Source: Paraphysomonas bandaiensis
Taxonomy: Eukaryota > Protista > Chrysophyceae
DNA: 40,169 nucleotides
Reading direction: 5' to 3'
NCBI GenBank assembly: GCA_965644295.1
Contig: CBFFRP010000266.1
Span: 1-40,169, forward strand
Part shown: positions 23,145-35,299 of the stretch, in pieces
How the letters are laid out: each line of letters opens with the position of its first letter
Position numbering within the stretch: the first letter of the stretch is position 1
Position numbers and translations under genes: made by a program
Notes under the pieces: generated by a model
Seen by the model: only the letters and a program-made list of their open reading frames with translations
What the model was told of the DNA's origin: nothing
Databases searched by the model: none

Positions 23145-23475
23145 ATTCGCAGGTTTTGGAACGGAATTTTCGTCAGTTTTTTTGTGACGATTGGGGTGCT
23201 TTTGAGGTGTGTGTGTATGTATGATCTGCAGATATGATCCTGTATGTGTATGTATGTGTATGTATGTGTATGTATGTGTATGTGTATGTTGATGTCCTCT
23301 CAGGAGATTCAAAGAAGTCACTTAACGAGTAGAGGGAAGAGACTCAAACCACACACAGTTTATTGTTGATAGGAGTGTATGTGGTGAGTGCGGATATGTA
23401 TAGACAATAACGCTGCGAGTCTGTTTTATGGATGGCTGAACTGTGAGTGCTCTTGATATATAGTGAATCGATCAA

Positions 23476-23820
23476 ATGCAGTCAACCGTTTTGCCATTGC
23501 AGCTTGATTTTGGCGTGACAAATATATGCGATGAGTCACCCAGATGCGCTGAGAGTGAAATTCAAACGATGGTAGTGGCACCGAAGTGCACTGATCTTGT
23601 TGAGAAAAGAGAACTTAAACTCAGCCCTCGGAATAGTGATGTAAAGACCACCTCCCCACCCAAGCGTGATTACCGAAATCTTATCAAGAATAAAATTATT
23701 AAACGAGTCACCATCATACATGAGAAAGTGCGCTCGAGTGACTCGCGAACAGTTGAATATGAGAACGAATTTTTTGATGTTCAACAGCCAGGTTACTACA
23801 GACACCGTCTTCGTAGGTAG
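23476..23820 (+). CDS. Hypothetical protein (114 aa, possibly a terminal exon), divergent from the VWA gene
   Basis: ATG-started ORF with protein-like hydrophilic composition and candidate GTGAGT donors upstream; no recognised domain. Confidence 0.35.
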   Translation: MQSTVLPLQLDFGVTNICDESPRCAESEIQTMVVAPKCTDLVEKRELKLSPRNSDVKTTSPPKRDYRNLIKNKIIKRVTIIHEKVRSSDSRTVEYENEFFDVQQPGYYRHRLRR

Positions 23821-25310
23821 ATAATGTATTTCTAATCCAACAAAATTTGTGCTAGAGTCACACCTTTTGTAGTTGATTATTTAGGTCGTTTATTATGCTG
23901 ATTAGATTTTATACTTGATACTCTTGATGATATTCTTGATGCTACTTTTTTATCTTCGATTTAATTAAATATGATGTTATACGGTAAGAGCATATGAGTT
24001 GAAAGGCTAGGAATATAGGGACTATATCGAGAAAGACAAATCTTGTGGATTTGCATAGCTTTGAAAGTAGTATAATCATAACTGATATTAAGATGTTATG
24101 ATACATCATATACATCAATTTTATATTCATAAACCATTCACACTCGCTCGTTATCGAAGACCTCATTTTCGACACTCATGAGTTATTCGAAATGAACCTC
24201 CACAACACCAGAAAATATTGAAAACAGAGGAATGAAATCTTTGATCTTTTCTCACAGTCATTATACTGAATGGGCCGGAGAACTGTGAAAATGAATTAGA
24301 CGTGAGAAGTAGATGTTACTCATAAATATTGATATAACGAACACAAAATAACTACAATTGACAATACTACTTATAACGGCTTTTATATCTACATGGCTAT
24401 TGTGGTTTACTTATATATAGGTAGGTATGTGCTCAGCTCCCCAATTATATTCAGTGTGAATAATATTGATGTATATAACTATATATATATCGGGATGACA
24501 TAAATTCCTACATGCAGTGAATGCCTTATCACCCTTTTCGTTTAGCTTAACTTGAATTTTGAATATGATCTGATGTGTATGGTCAGTGTTATAGCAACAA
24601 CAGTGTTATTATATATGCATTCTACATAATATTAGCATGCATGTGTGTCATGATGTTACCAGTATTGATTATGGGGGTATTGCTTCGTTCCCCCGGGATA
24701 TCTGAGGTGCTAGATACATCCCTTATAACAGTATTGGGCCCAACACGGGGGTGTCTAGGGTCAGCAGTCATGGATACTGGGAGTTCTGAATAGAATATGC
24801 AACCGGCTGTTAATACACGGGTCCACTTCAATGCACTGCTCTGTCCATATCATTGATATAGTCACAAATCCATTGTAGAAAATGCATACTGATGTGTGAA
24901 TAGACAAGATTTCTACTGGATAGGAACGGCAACTGAGGTGTGTTCAAAGATACTGTCAATATCTTTGGCAGCAAGATGAGTCTTTGACTTTTAGTGGAGT
25001 TTCTACCCTCAATACTCAATAATATGGGTTTACACTATAAAAATACACACTTTTTAGACCTCTTAGAAATTGTTGAAAAACAAGGAGGTAGAATATATAC
25101 ACACTGCTGTATGTGTAGTAGATATACATGTATATGCACACTGTATGTACTGTATATCGTATATGCATTGCTGTATGTGTATATGTGCACTACTGTGATA
25201 TATACATACACGCACAGCAATATGCAAGATGTCCATACCAAAACACAACCCACATAGCTATCATCTTGCTATATAATCAATTCATATTATTTGATCTCTA
25301 CATTAGAATC

Positions 25311-26509
25311 ATGTCAACTGATAATAAAATACGTGAGCGTTTAAGTGATACTGAACGTAAGAGAAGAGAACATGCTGCACGTATACTGAAACCCAAATCA
25401 ACTGAGATCACCTCAAATGAAGAATTTATATGTACACCACAATTTAAAAATCCATTACCAAGTGTTCCATCTGGTCCATTTTTTCGTACTGTTGAATTAC
25501 CTCATTCATCTGCTGATTTTGCTGTATATACAGTATCATCATTAGAGAAGCAGTATATATGGCAACCTCATCATGGGGCAGATGTTGGATTACACTTAGA
25601 TCTAGTGGATCAAGATGCTGTTCTTTGTACAACACAAAAATCTGGTCCTGTTGTAGATGCTAAGTTTTTGACAGAGAAGCGTGCTAATGTAAGCAATCTT
25701 GGGCGAATTCCGTTCTTAAAGAGGCCAATATATTCGACGAACGATTTATTTGATAATGTCAATAAATTCAAGGGATCAGAAGAGTTAGAAAAGGGATTCA
25801 AGGATACAAAGATGCGAAGTATAGGCGATAAACTGAATCCATTTGAATCGAATTTTATTTCGATGACTTTTGATACTGTGGACCAGAAGACGTCCTCACT
25901 TGTTCCCACTAAGCGGCCAACCTCGGGTACTCCCACCATGGAATGGAGCATTCCCGTTCTTCCAGAAAGCGATGATTTATGGGGACAAAATCTCTCGTTG
26001 GTGATCTTTACAGATGATGCCCTTGACTCGTTGTCCCCTGATGATGGCGGTGCTTCTAAACGTAGAAAAGTGTGTAGAAGTATTGCTACTAATATTAGAC
26101 CTGTTGAAGTTAAAGATGAAAAGTTAGCTGATGGCTTAATGGTACGTGCTCTATCACTAACAGCACCAGAAGAAAAAGAAACTGAAGAAGATGATGCATT
26201 GAATACTGATTCTGTTGAGTATGACTGGATAGGGGATTTCAGAATGGATATTAAGAGCAAGAAACTTGATGATCACTTTGAATTTTCAATCGATGAAAAG
26301 AATGGCGCCTGCACATATTGCCCACTACGTTCAAGAATTGATTTGCGTAGACTAAAAGCATCTTTGGCGGAGCCACACAGGTTAATAATATGTGTTGTAC
26401 ATACATATTGCGTGTCACTGATACCTTTTGCAGGGTTTCTGTGCGGCATAGAGATCCCCTTGAATCTGAGATTGCAGACAGCGAGATGCTTCTCAGTGAA
26501 CTGATGTAA
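25311..26509 (+). CDS. PAF1: RNA polymerase II-associated factor 1 homologue (~381 aa, 2 exons)
   Basis: EFICTPQFKNPLPSVPSGPFF, YTVSSLEK, DVGLHLDLVD, ISMTFD and YCPLRSRIDL fit Paf1 motifs; exons 25311-26380 and 26434-26509 (53-bp intron). Confidence 0.85.
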
Positions 26510-27114
26510 TTTTGATATTGACGAGCTCTGTTGGCTATATTTTAGTGTCTGTAATGAAGACGAAGTAAGAGAAAATAGATAATAATATCACTATTATGTG
26601 GGCCTGCGCTTTTGCTTCATTCTTACGATGCTATCCGTCTCGTTGCCCCGTAGTTAGATTTCTGGTGTTTGCTCATGTTAGTACTTGGAGTAACTAAGCT
26701 AGCATCACACAAGAAAATGCGACAATAATGTAAACATTATTGATGCTATATTTACCGGCTCCTTACATGGGTAGAACTATAATTCAAAACACAAAACCTC
26801 GCTATTTTGTGTGTGTATGTTAACCCCCTAACACAATAACACAGTTGATGTACATTACATTTACTGTTGAAAGTGCAATGATATTTCGAAAAGCTTGTTA
26901 TGCTCAGGAGCTTAAACACGTAAGAAATATTAAATAGTGCACTATAGGGAGGCTTTATGGTGAGACTCGACTACCACTGCGGTAAAGCAAGTTTATTGTT
27001 CTCACTTCTCACTAATCGGTGCATTGTTGAATACAAAATAAATCAGCAACGAGAATGTTTATTCTTATATATCACTTCCAAATTTTAAATATAACAATAT
27101 GACAACAAATACTA

Positions 27115-27787
27115 TTAAGCCATAGGAGAACTCACAGGTTTAAAAGACGCAACTGTAGAGTTATTCATACTGTCATCAACATTCAAGGTAAATGTATGTT
27201 TGGCAACCATTTCAGCCATTTCTTCAGCTACTACATCGTAGTTGCATACAGCAACAGGCTCGCATAAAATGTCAATAACTTGCTGTGACGAAGCGTTGCT
27301 TTCCCATTGTGCCCAGCTCTTGCTAGTCCGTGGGGATCTCAATGCATCGAGAGTAATTTGCGCATCAGTCACCCGCGATCTGCAATACACTACATCAGGC
27401 ATACTTAAAGAAATTTCTCTGTACAACCTCAATCCTTCTGAGTCAGTTGATATTGGTACCGTTCGAAGATTACTAGAATTAATGAACTTCCTATACATAA
27501 ATGTCAACTAACAGTTCGTCACTAGAGACTATATACACATATACACACATGTACACTTATACACATACATATATATATATACTCACCTCTGTGCTGTATC
27601 AACAACAGTTTGATAGTACTTCGCTTTATTTACATCTGGTGCAGTTTCAGGTGAACCAGATACATCTCTTGTATTGATTGGTGTGTATTCACTGCTATTA
27701 TCTATACATACATACATTAGAGACGTTATTATATATACAGATGGATGTATTGCCATTAGATTTCCAACAAGGACAACATCCTCCCAT
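27115..27787 (-). CDS. LAMTOR1: Ragulator LAMTOR1/p18-like protein (~174-179 aa, 3 exons)
   Basis: N-terminus MGGCCPCWK (myristoylation/palmitoylation type), central YYQTVVDTAQRKFINS, C-terminal ILCEPV...LNVDD...VASF resembling p18 VLASEPI...IRVDAKEELVVQF. Exons 27787-27739 (or -27754), 27701-27587, 27490-27115. Confidence 0.65.
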
Positions 27788-28701
27788 AGTAATGCAATCA
27801 CTACACTGTTGTGCTTTTAATTAATGATATTATAAGCAATATACAGGGATGTTATATGAATGATGTGCAATGTGTATATATACAACTGAGAGATGCTGCA
27901 GCAGTGTATATAGAGACTGCATCGGCAGTCTGCATCTTATTTTTCGCAAATATATTGAAGCGAAAATTGTCAATATAACTACAGTACAATAACGGCTGGA
28001 ACACACAAAATTGTTGTCTCAATATTAGAGGCATCCTTGAACAAAAATATACGAATGATGCCGATACGTCTATAAGTGCGTATATTCTGCACCTTTGCAA
28101 CACATGTATAAAAATCACAAAAAAACACAACTTGGATTAGAAAATCCTTTATTTATTCGGAAGAAACATGAAAATCCCATATTTTTATTACTTATTGGTA
28201 TGCTAGTGGACATTGAGTGAACATGCAAAACCTAAATAGCCGGATTTTAGGACAAAGTAGCTTAGTTTTTCAGGATGTGGTGGGAAGAATATACTGTATT
28301 TTCTAATCTACATCCCGATTTTTTTTATAACCATAATATTAATATTAAAAAACCCTGATTTTTGTCAATCATCAAACAATTTGGATGGATTTTCAGTTAA
28401 GTGAGTGTATTGATTGACAGGTTGGCTTCAACCCCTCTAACCATCATGTATGTATGTATACATATATATTGTGTGTACATAAGCAGTCCAGCCAGGCAGA
28501 GTAGTTACAGTCCATAGATTATAATCTCCTCCCATCTGTTCATTCCTCCGTTCTGTAAATACGATTATCTCTTATTATATCAGTGGAGTAGAGTAGAGTA
28601 GAGTAGAGTAGAGGGGTTACATATGTGTAGCATGTATCACATAACTCCATTATATAGATGGATATATGAGCCACTGCTATACAATCAATTAATAAAAGAA
28701 C

Positions 28702-30247
28702 ATGTTATCTCTTCTTATCATTGTGATATGCAACATTCAGTTATCATCATCTTCAGTTGAAGTGATTGCAGGTGATAATGTGAATGAAGTACTTGATGGA
28801 GGTATGTATATATACATATAGCAGTAGATGTATATATATAACACTCTATATATATGCAGTTGGTACCAATGCAAGATTTCATACAGGTGAAGTACTTGCA
28901 TTATCACGAGATGATTCATTTGCACTAGTGGGTGATAGAGGAACGGGAATTCGTTCGATTGATATGACTACTAAAGAGGTCACAACAATATACTCGTATA
29001 GTGAAACAACAACTGCACTGGGGATTTCAAATGACGGTACATTTGCCGTATATTCGACACCGGATTATTGGGTTTATAAACTCGACTTAGCAACCAATTC
29101 TGTAGTCGATGAACAACTTGGTTACAACAAAGCAACGGATATAGCCTTTGGTCCAGATGACTCCTACATCCTTAGCTTTACTGAAGATAAAGGTTATATC
29201 ACGAAAATCGATTTTGATGCGGATGGAATTGATGTTTGGGCAGGACACACGAGTGCAAAAAACTATGTAGATGGCGTAGGAACTAACGCTCTATTCGTTA
29301 GGCCAACAACAGGGGCCTTTAATTCTGATTTTTCTATTCTTTACGTCATTGACCACACAAGAGTTCGTGAACTCATTGTTTCCACTATGACAGTTACTAC
29401 CTTAAACACGATTGAAACTATTGTGCCATACTTTTCGCAAGTTCTGCCGGGCGATACCGCAATTATTGCAAAAGCGAGTTTTACCACTGCCTTCTCTAAA
29501 TATGACATTTCAGCTGATAAGGAAACAGAATTCAGTTTGCCTAACGGAGCCTCATTCGGAGGAGGTTGTTCTAGTGATGGTTCGTATTGTTTATTTGTTT
29601 ATTTCGCCCAAGTCATAAAGTACTCTCTTCCAACAAGTGCGCCCACCGGAATACCTACCTTTGTTCCTAGTGCACCTAGCTCTGTGCCGACTGGCTATCC
29701 AAGTGGTATTCCTACCTTTGTTCCGAGTGCACCTAGTTCTTTGCCGACTGGTTATCCAAGTGGTATTCCTACCCGTGCACCTAGTTCTTTGCCGACTGGT
29801 TATCCAAGTGGTATTCCTACCCGTGCACCTAGTTCTGCACCGACTGGTTATCCAAGTGGTATTCCTACCCGTGCACCTAGTTCTTTGCCGACTGGCTATC
29901 CAAGTTGTATTCCTACCTTTGTTCCAAGTGCACCTAGTTCATTGCCAACTGGCTATCCAAGTGGTACTCCTTCCCATGCTCCTAGTTCTGTACCGACTGG
30001 CTATCCCAGTGGTATACCCACTACTGTGCCATCTTTGATACCTTCGTCTGTCCCTTCGCTGCCTATTTCTGCCGGGGGAAAGCAATATTCAAATAAAGAT
30101 AAGAGTACAGAGGAATTGTCGTTTACAGTGGTTGTTTTAGTGGCACTCGGTGGTGTTGGAATTGTTGCTGGTACTGCATTGGTTCTGTACTTGAAGTTTT
30201 TTTCGTACACCAAAGTTAATCCTACACCTTACGTGGTAGAACCATAA
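28702..30247 (+). CDS. Type I membrane protein: signal peptide, NHL/beta-propeller-like repeats, Pro/Ser/Thr stalk, TM helix (~495 aa, 2 exons)
   Basis: Exons 28702-28801 and 28860-30247; DGVGTNARF and DGVGTNALF motifs; APSSLPTGYPSGIPT repeats; hydrophobic segment FTVVVLVALGGVGIVAGTALVLYL. Confidence 0.82.
29632..30055 (+). repeat. Coding tandem repeat (48/57-bp units) of the mucin-like stalk
   Basis: About seven units of GCACCTAGTTCTTTGCCGACTGGTTATCCAAGTGGTATTCCTACC with linker CGT or TTTGTTCCNAGT. Confidence 0.85.
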
Positions 30248-30759
30248 AATATTTATGTTAGCCTCTTGGAATTGTACCTGCAGAAGTTGTTTGTCGTTAG
30301 GTGTTAAGGTATTTCGTATTTGATTGATTAATACAATGATGAAATTAAAAAATTAAGAAATTTTCTTTCATATTCTATTCCGCCACGCTACATATATATT
30401 GCCATCTGTAAACAGGGCTACATATTGCAAAAATAAAATAGATACTATATATATACAAAAATTACTTTATAGAAGATTTTTTTAATTTTATTTATAGTAT
30501 ATATAGTGATATTATTTAAACAAATACTTTATAGAAACGCTACTAGGGAGCGAGACCCTTTTCACTTTTCACCCTCTTAACCTCCCTGATGACCATATTC
30601 AATTTAGTCATGTTGTCATATATAAACATCGTCGTTGAAATCAAGCACTTAGAGAGTAGTATGTTTGTATCGAAAATTTGATTCTTCTATTCACCAATAA
30701 CATCATATTTTGTAGTGATTACTGCCAAGATGCAACAACTTTCGCTCTCTGTCCTTTTA

Positions 30760-30866
30760 ATCCCTGATGTTTGATCAACAGTCAACCAATACCCCGGGTG
30801 CCCTTCAGGTGGGCCCATTCCCGGATGCCAGTTTATTCGTTAAGGCCCAAAGACGTCTACACAAGT
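30760..30866 (-). repeat. Third, inverted copy of the ~110-bp GC-rich repeat
   Basis: Reverse complement aligns to 9126-9232. Confidence 0.78.
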
Positions 30867-31665
30867 GACACTTATTTGTGTCCCTTGTACTGCACAAACA
30901 TTAAGCTATGAATGGGCAGAAAAATATGTGATACTCACCTTAGTTTCCCGGAGAAATATCTCCCGTCCTTATCCCACCCAGTACCACGAAAAGGTGCGAG
31001 TTTGGCTTTTTCTTGTTGAGGAAGTCATAATACATCCTTTGTAACTATATTCACTCGTTACATCTATGAGTTGACTTCATTTATTGTATATTGTATACTT
31101 TTCACTCAATGCAATAATTGCACAATATATAATATCGCATCATAATGCCAAACTGAACAATTGGACACCTCTCACTAAATTGACAATATCCATAAATTGA
31201 CAATTAATAGTTTTAATTGCTTTTAAGTTGCATCAATTATAAGCTACGCAGCCCTGATGAGATACGCCGTGTGAGTGGATAGCAGGATGGCTGTCACAGA
31301 ATCTACGCGTGATATATATATTTATATGCACGGTCAAACAAGATAGTAAATGGGTGGATGACTAATATAAATGGATCACGTCATATATACGTGATATAAT
31401 GGCGAGCCTACATTATGACCACTCTGTGGGATTGGAACAGACTGATGTAACGACTACGGGTGATTGAGCCTCGCTATCATGACTAACATTGCTGGTCTTA
31501 TCATCCCTGTCCATGTGTGCACAGGTGATGTAGGGTAGGAATAGTCTTCTCACAACACTCTTCACTTAACTTCCTCTTCTTACTCTTTACTTTGCTACTT
31601 CTTAACTTTCAACTCAACTGCGATATCAACTTTCTATTATATCTAAAAATCCATATCCTTCTACC

Positions 31666-32484
31666 CAGGGATAGGGAACAATATATTGTATTGCAATACA
31701 TTGTACAATATATTGCAATATATTGTGAAATGTATTGATTGGTGGACTGGTCAAATATTCCATCAATAGCTTTCTGTTAAAAGAGCTGACAATACTATTG
31801 CGATATATTGCAATCAATAATATGATAGTCATATAAGAGAAGATTCTCAACTATAGGGTGCAAAATGGATATAAATAACCGAGAAATTGATTACAACATT
31901 AGAAAGGATAATGAAGCTGATGTTGACTATGCGACTAAAAATCTTCAGTCAGCTCAAAAAATTAAGAAACGTACAAATCCACGAGTCATTAACGGTTGCC
32001 TTGCCCTGGTATGTACTTCCAATACATGGGAACGTCTGTTCAGCACAGCTAAACATATTATATCAGTGTTGCGCAAAAGTATCCATCCTACTTAATATGC
32101 TGTTGTTTCTGAAAGCTATTCGACAGTTATGGCCGGATACTAGCATATTTCAATTAATTCTGTGGATGAATATGGTGATGTCGACCTCACCGATGATGGC
32201 TCAGAGGATGAGGACGAGGTGGATTTTTAGTAGCTATAAGCAGCAATTGGTTTGGTTGTCATGTGATCTTAATGACTAATACTAAAAATGAAATCTGCGG
32301 ATATGTTTACCTACTGATTAGTCATACTAATAAATTGCAATACATTTACAATATATTGCAATATATTGTACATTTGCAATATTATATTGTAATTGTATTG
32401 TAGGATCGGTTTAAAAAATCCATCAATACTATTGATGGAACGCTATCTAACAATAGTATTGCAATATATTGTTCCCTATCCCTG
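31666..32484 (+). mobile_element. Non-autonomous hAT element (819 bp)
   Basis: Perfect 23-bp TIRs CAGGGATAGGGAACAATATATTG; 8-bp TSD CTTCTACC (31658-31665, 32485-32492); frameshifted dimerisation-domain relic TSNTWERLFSTAK...LNMLLFLK...LW; subterminal CAATATATTG palindromes. Confidence 0.93.
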
Positions 32485-33016
32485 CTTCTACCTATATCCC
32501 CATAGCTAATTCTAGAAGCGGTCCGTTACATCCGTATATACGGATTGTTCCGGTACACTCCAACCCTATATCTGGCCTTAATACTCGTATCTTCTAATCT
32601 AGTCATAACTACCATCTACATCTCATCTTCTACTACAACCTACATCACTTCATCTTATTCTTAAGCCATAACAACCTCCTAAATCACCCATACTTGTCAT
32701 ACCCAATTTTGCTACACTGATATGTTGCTAGAATATTACGTTCCGTTAATTTAATATAATTTGTGTATAGTTATGAAAAGATACCAGATACATTTAGGGA
32801 GTCTACTGTCTATTTTTAGCAGTCACTCAAACGTTCGTCATGGCTCAGCTATAAAGTAAGGCTTTCTCGAATATATTATCGTATGAGTTTGTATTCGGGC
32901 CATACTATTCAGATACTCCATTCGAAGAATATAATATTTAAGCACCTATTAAAGCATTAAAGCTACAGGATATTATATAATAAAACATAGGATAATAATC
33001 TTCACTCCCTATTTGG

Positions 33017-34418
33017 TTATTTTGATAACAAATTTGTGGCTCTAACTTTGGAAAGTGCACTGGTTAATGACGAAAAAATCCAATATATAGCCCCATTCCA
33101 AGCCAACAACGCAAATAGAAAGCAAAAATTGGCTGCTAATTGGTGTCCTTCACCGCCATAAAATAGACCGGCACAATGATCAGCTCTTGACGATCCATCA
33201 TTATAACTGCAATACATTGTTACTAAATTGCAATACAATGGCATTACGACGATTACGTTGCATCGTTAAACTTTCTGTAGTACTCTTTCGTCGTAAATAA
33301 CCCTGCTGCCAGTAATCCCCACGCTCCATTCACGAAAAACACCGGTATTACAGAAAAATCAGAGTCAACCTTGAGGTACGCAGTTATATTTGTTGCACAA
33401 TATGTCAGACTCCCAGCTATGGCTCCTAATATATAAATTACATGTTGAAGTCAGAAAATGTATGCGAAAACCTATAAGTAAAGAGCCACCCATATTATAC
33501 GACCCACATCCGGAGCCAATCGCTGCTAATCCTGACAAAGGGCCGTAATTCAAATTAATAGATAATATGCTACCGGAAAACATAAAACTCAATATATACA
33601 ATGACAAGAAGCCAGAAGCTGAGGACATAGTCGCATTCGATATCAATCGATATATTTCGTTCTCAGCTGTTGAGCCAACCCTTCGTGAATCTAATACCAT
33701 GCCATACCACCCAAACCACATAACTAAGGTACCAAGTAAATGAAAATTTTCATCGTATCTCACTTTTACAGTCATATCTCGTTTAGTATTTAGAATGCAT
33801 ACTACTAAGGTTGTAACCCCAGCGGTGAAAAACACCGCACCGGACCCACTTTGATCCATAACACCACACCCAGCAAGAAGATCTGCAACATTAGTAGATC
33901 TTGTTGCTGTAGCCCAACCTCCGCCCCACACCCAATGAAAAATAAAAGGAAACACAAATGCAGAGTGCAGAACACAGAGAGTGATATAGGTTCCACCATT
34001 AATGCGATTTCCGATTCCCATCGATGTTATAGACAAGCACCTTTATAAATAATGTTCAACCAACACAATATATATTTTGTCACTTACACCATACAATACG
34101 CCCATGATGCAAACCATTCTCCATCAGCATCAGATTTCGTTGCGAACTATATATCCGAGTTACACTGATACCATACATACATATATACAGTTGAGATACC
34201 TGAGATGACCCTACAAACAAATTCTTATCACGTCCATGTGCTAATCCGAAACCAATCATCCACCAAGATATTACGGATACAGATATTGCAAGTATGATTT
34301 TATTGGCATCATCTTGTCGAGGGGTCTTAGATATCTGCAGTAACGACACGCCTATAGGAACTATGAATATAAGGAGACTAGGGACTGAGATTTCAGTCTC
34401 ATCATACACTGTATGCAT
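33017..34418 (-). CDS. Divergent ammonium transporter (Amt/Mep/Rh family, AMT1-like), ~401 aa, 5 exons
   Basis: Exons 34418-34200, 34146-34088, 34040-33472, 33425-33257, 33206-33017 join in frame. Motifs WWMIGFGLA, HWVWGGGW, GVMDQSGSGAV, LGTLVMWFGWYG, LSGLAAI, NGAWGLLAAGLF, GLFYGG. Start and end uncertain. Confidence 0.85.
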
Positions 34419-34556
34419 AGCAGATATGTTGATGCACTATATTGTCATTGGGAAGATATATTGTACAGTTACATGGACTGTGGAGCGATATATATGCATG
34501 TCCAGGCAGATTTGTATATACATGTATGTACAAGAGGTGCGCTGTGTAACTGTATA

Positions 34557-34732
34557 GATTGCACTCGCGTTATTGTGGACGAATTTAGGCTTCGTACAGG
34601 AATTTTTGCATAAAATCCACGGGTTATATATAAACCTGTAGTTTAAAAGTGAAAACCCCTATTTTGGTTGATTTTTGTGAAAAATCTGGGAACAGTATTT
34701 AAAAAAACATCCACCATAACGCGAGTGCACTG
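34557..34732. mobile_element. Tc1/mariner-type MITE (~176 bp)
   Basis: Inverted repeats TGCACTCGCGTTAT(T/G)GTGGA at both ends, right end reads CAGTG on the minus strand, TA on both flanks; first three bases of the left TIR are degenerate. Confidence 0.65.
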
Positions 34733-35299
34733 TATATTGTGGCTGTAGATATATGTAACAGTATCGTACCTGTGCATATGTACTGCTGTACAATACCAAA
34801 TGAGTTTTGTACCTGTGTCCATCGTACCATATGTACTGCTCAACATGTGAATATACGTACTGTACCACAATCATAATGTACCTCAGTATGCGTACTACAA
34901 TACACAATCATAATGTACTTCACGATACGTACTAGTCGACACTATTCCATATGTACCAAAAATCGAAAGAATATCTAGAACAAAATATCCAGACACTTCC
35001 ATCAATGTATATATACAGTGTATATACGTATATACTGTATGTAAGTACACATACATATATATACTAGAAATAATTGTAGAAGAAAAATTCAAACCCTTCA
35101 AAAACCATACATTAGAAGACTACAACCCACCTCATATGCATGTATACGTATGTATGTATATGGATGTCTGTATGCTGTATGTATGTATGTAGATTGCCAT
35201 ATGCATGATACATATACATATATATGCATATGAAGATTTAATAAGGCATAATTCCATACATATATATATATAGAACTGAACGAATAGAAATATTTAGTT

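Larger units (their letters stand above)
17556..23657. repeat. Tandem segmental duplication, right copy (~6.1 kb, no transposon)
   Basis: Differs from the left copy by scattered SNPs, a ~37-bp indel near 18341-18380, a 9-bp intron length difference and microsatellite length. Confidence 0.93.

Noticed and set aside
24575-25040. Gene divergent from PAF1
   Set aside because: Short ORFs in shifting frames, no consistent splice model or motif.
25128-25310. N-terminal extension of Paf1 in the ORF track
   Set aside because: TATG-rich low-complexity upstream DNA; protein-like sequence starts at ATG 25311.
31248-31296. Hammerhead ribozyme at GCAGCC-CTGATGAG...GGCTGT
   Set aside because: A possible stem I exists but GAAA and stems II/III are missing.
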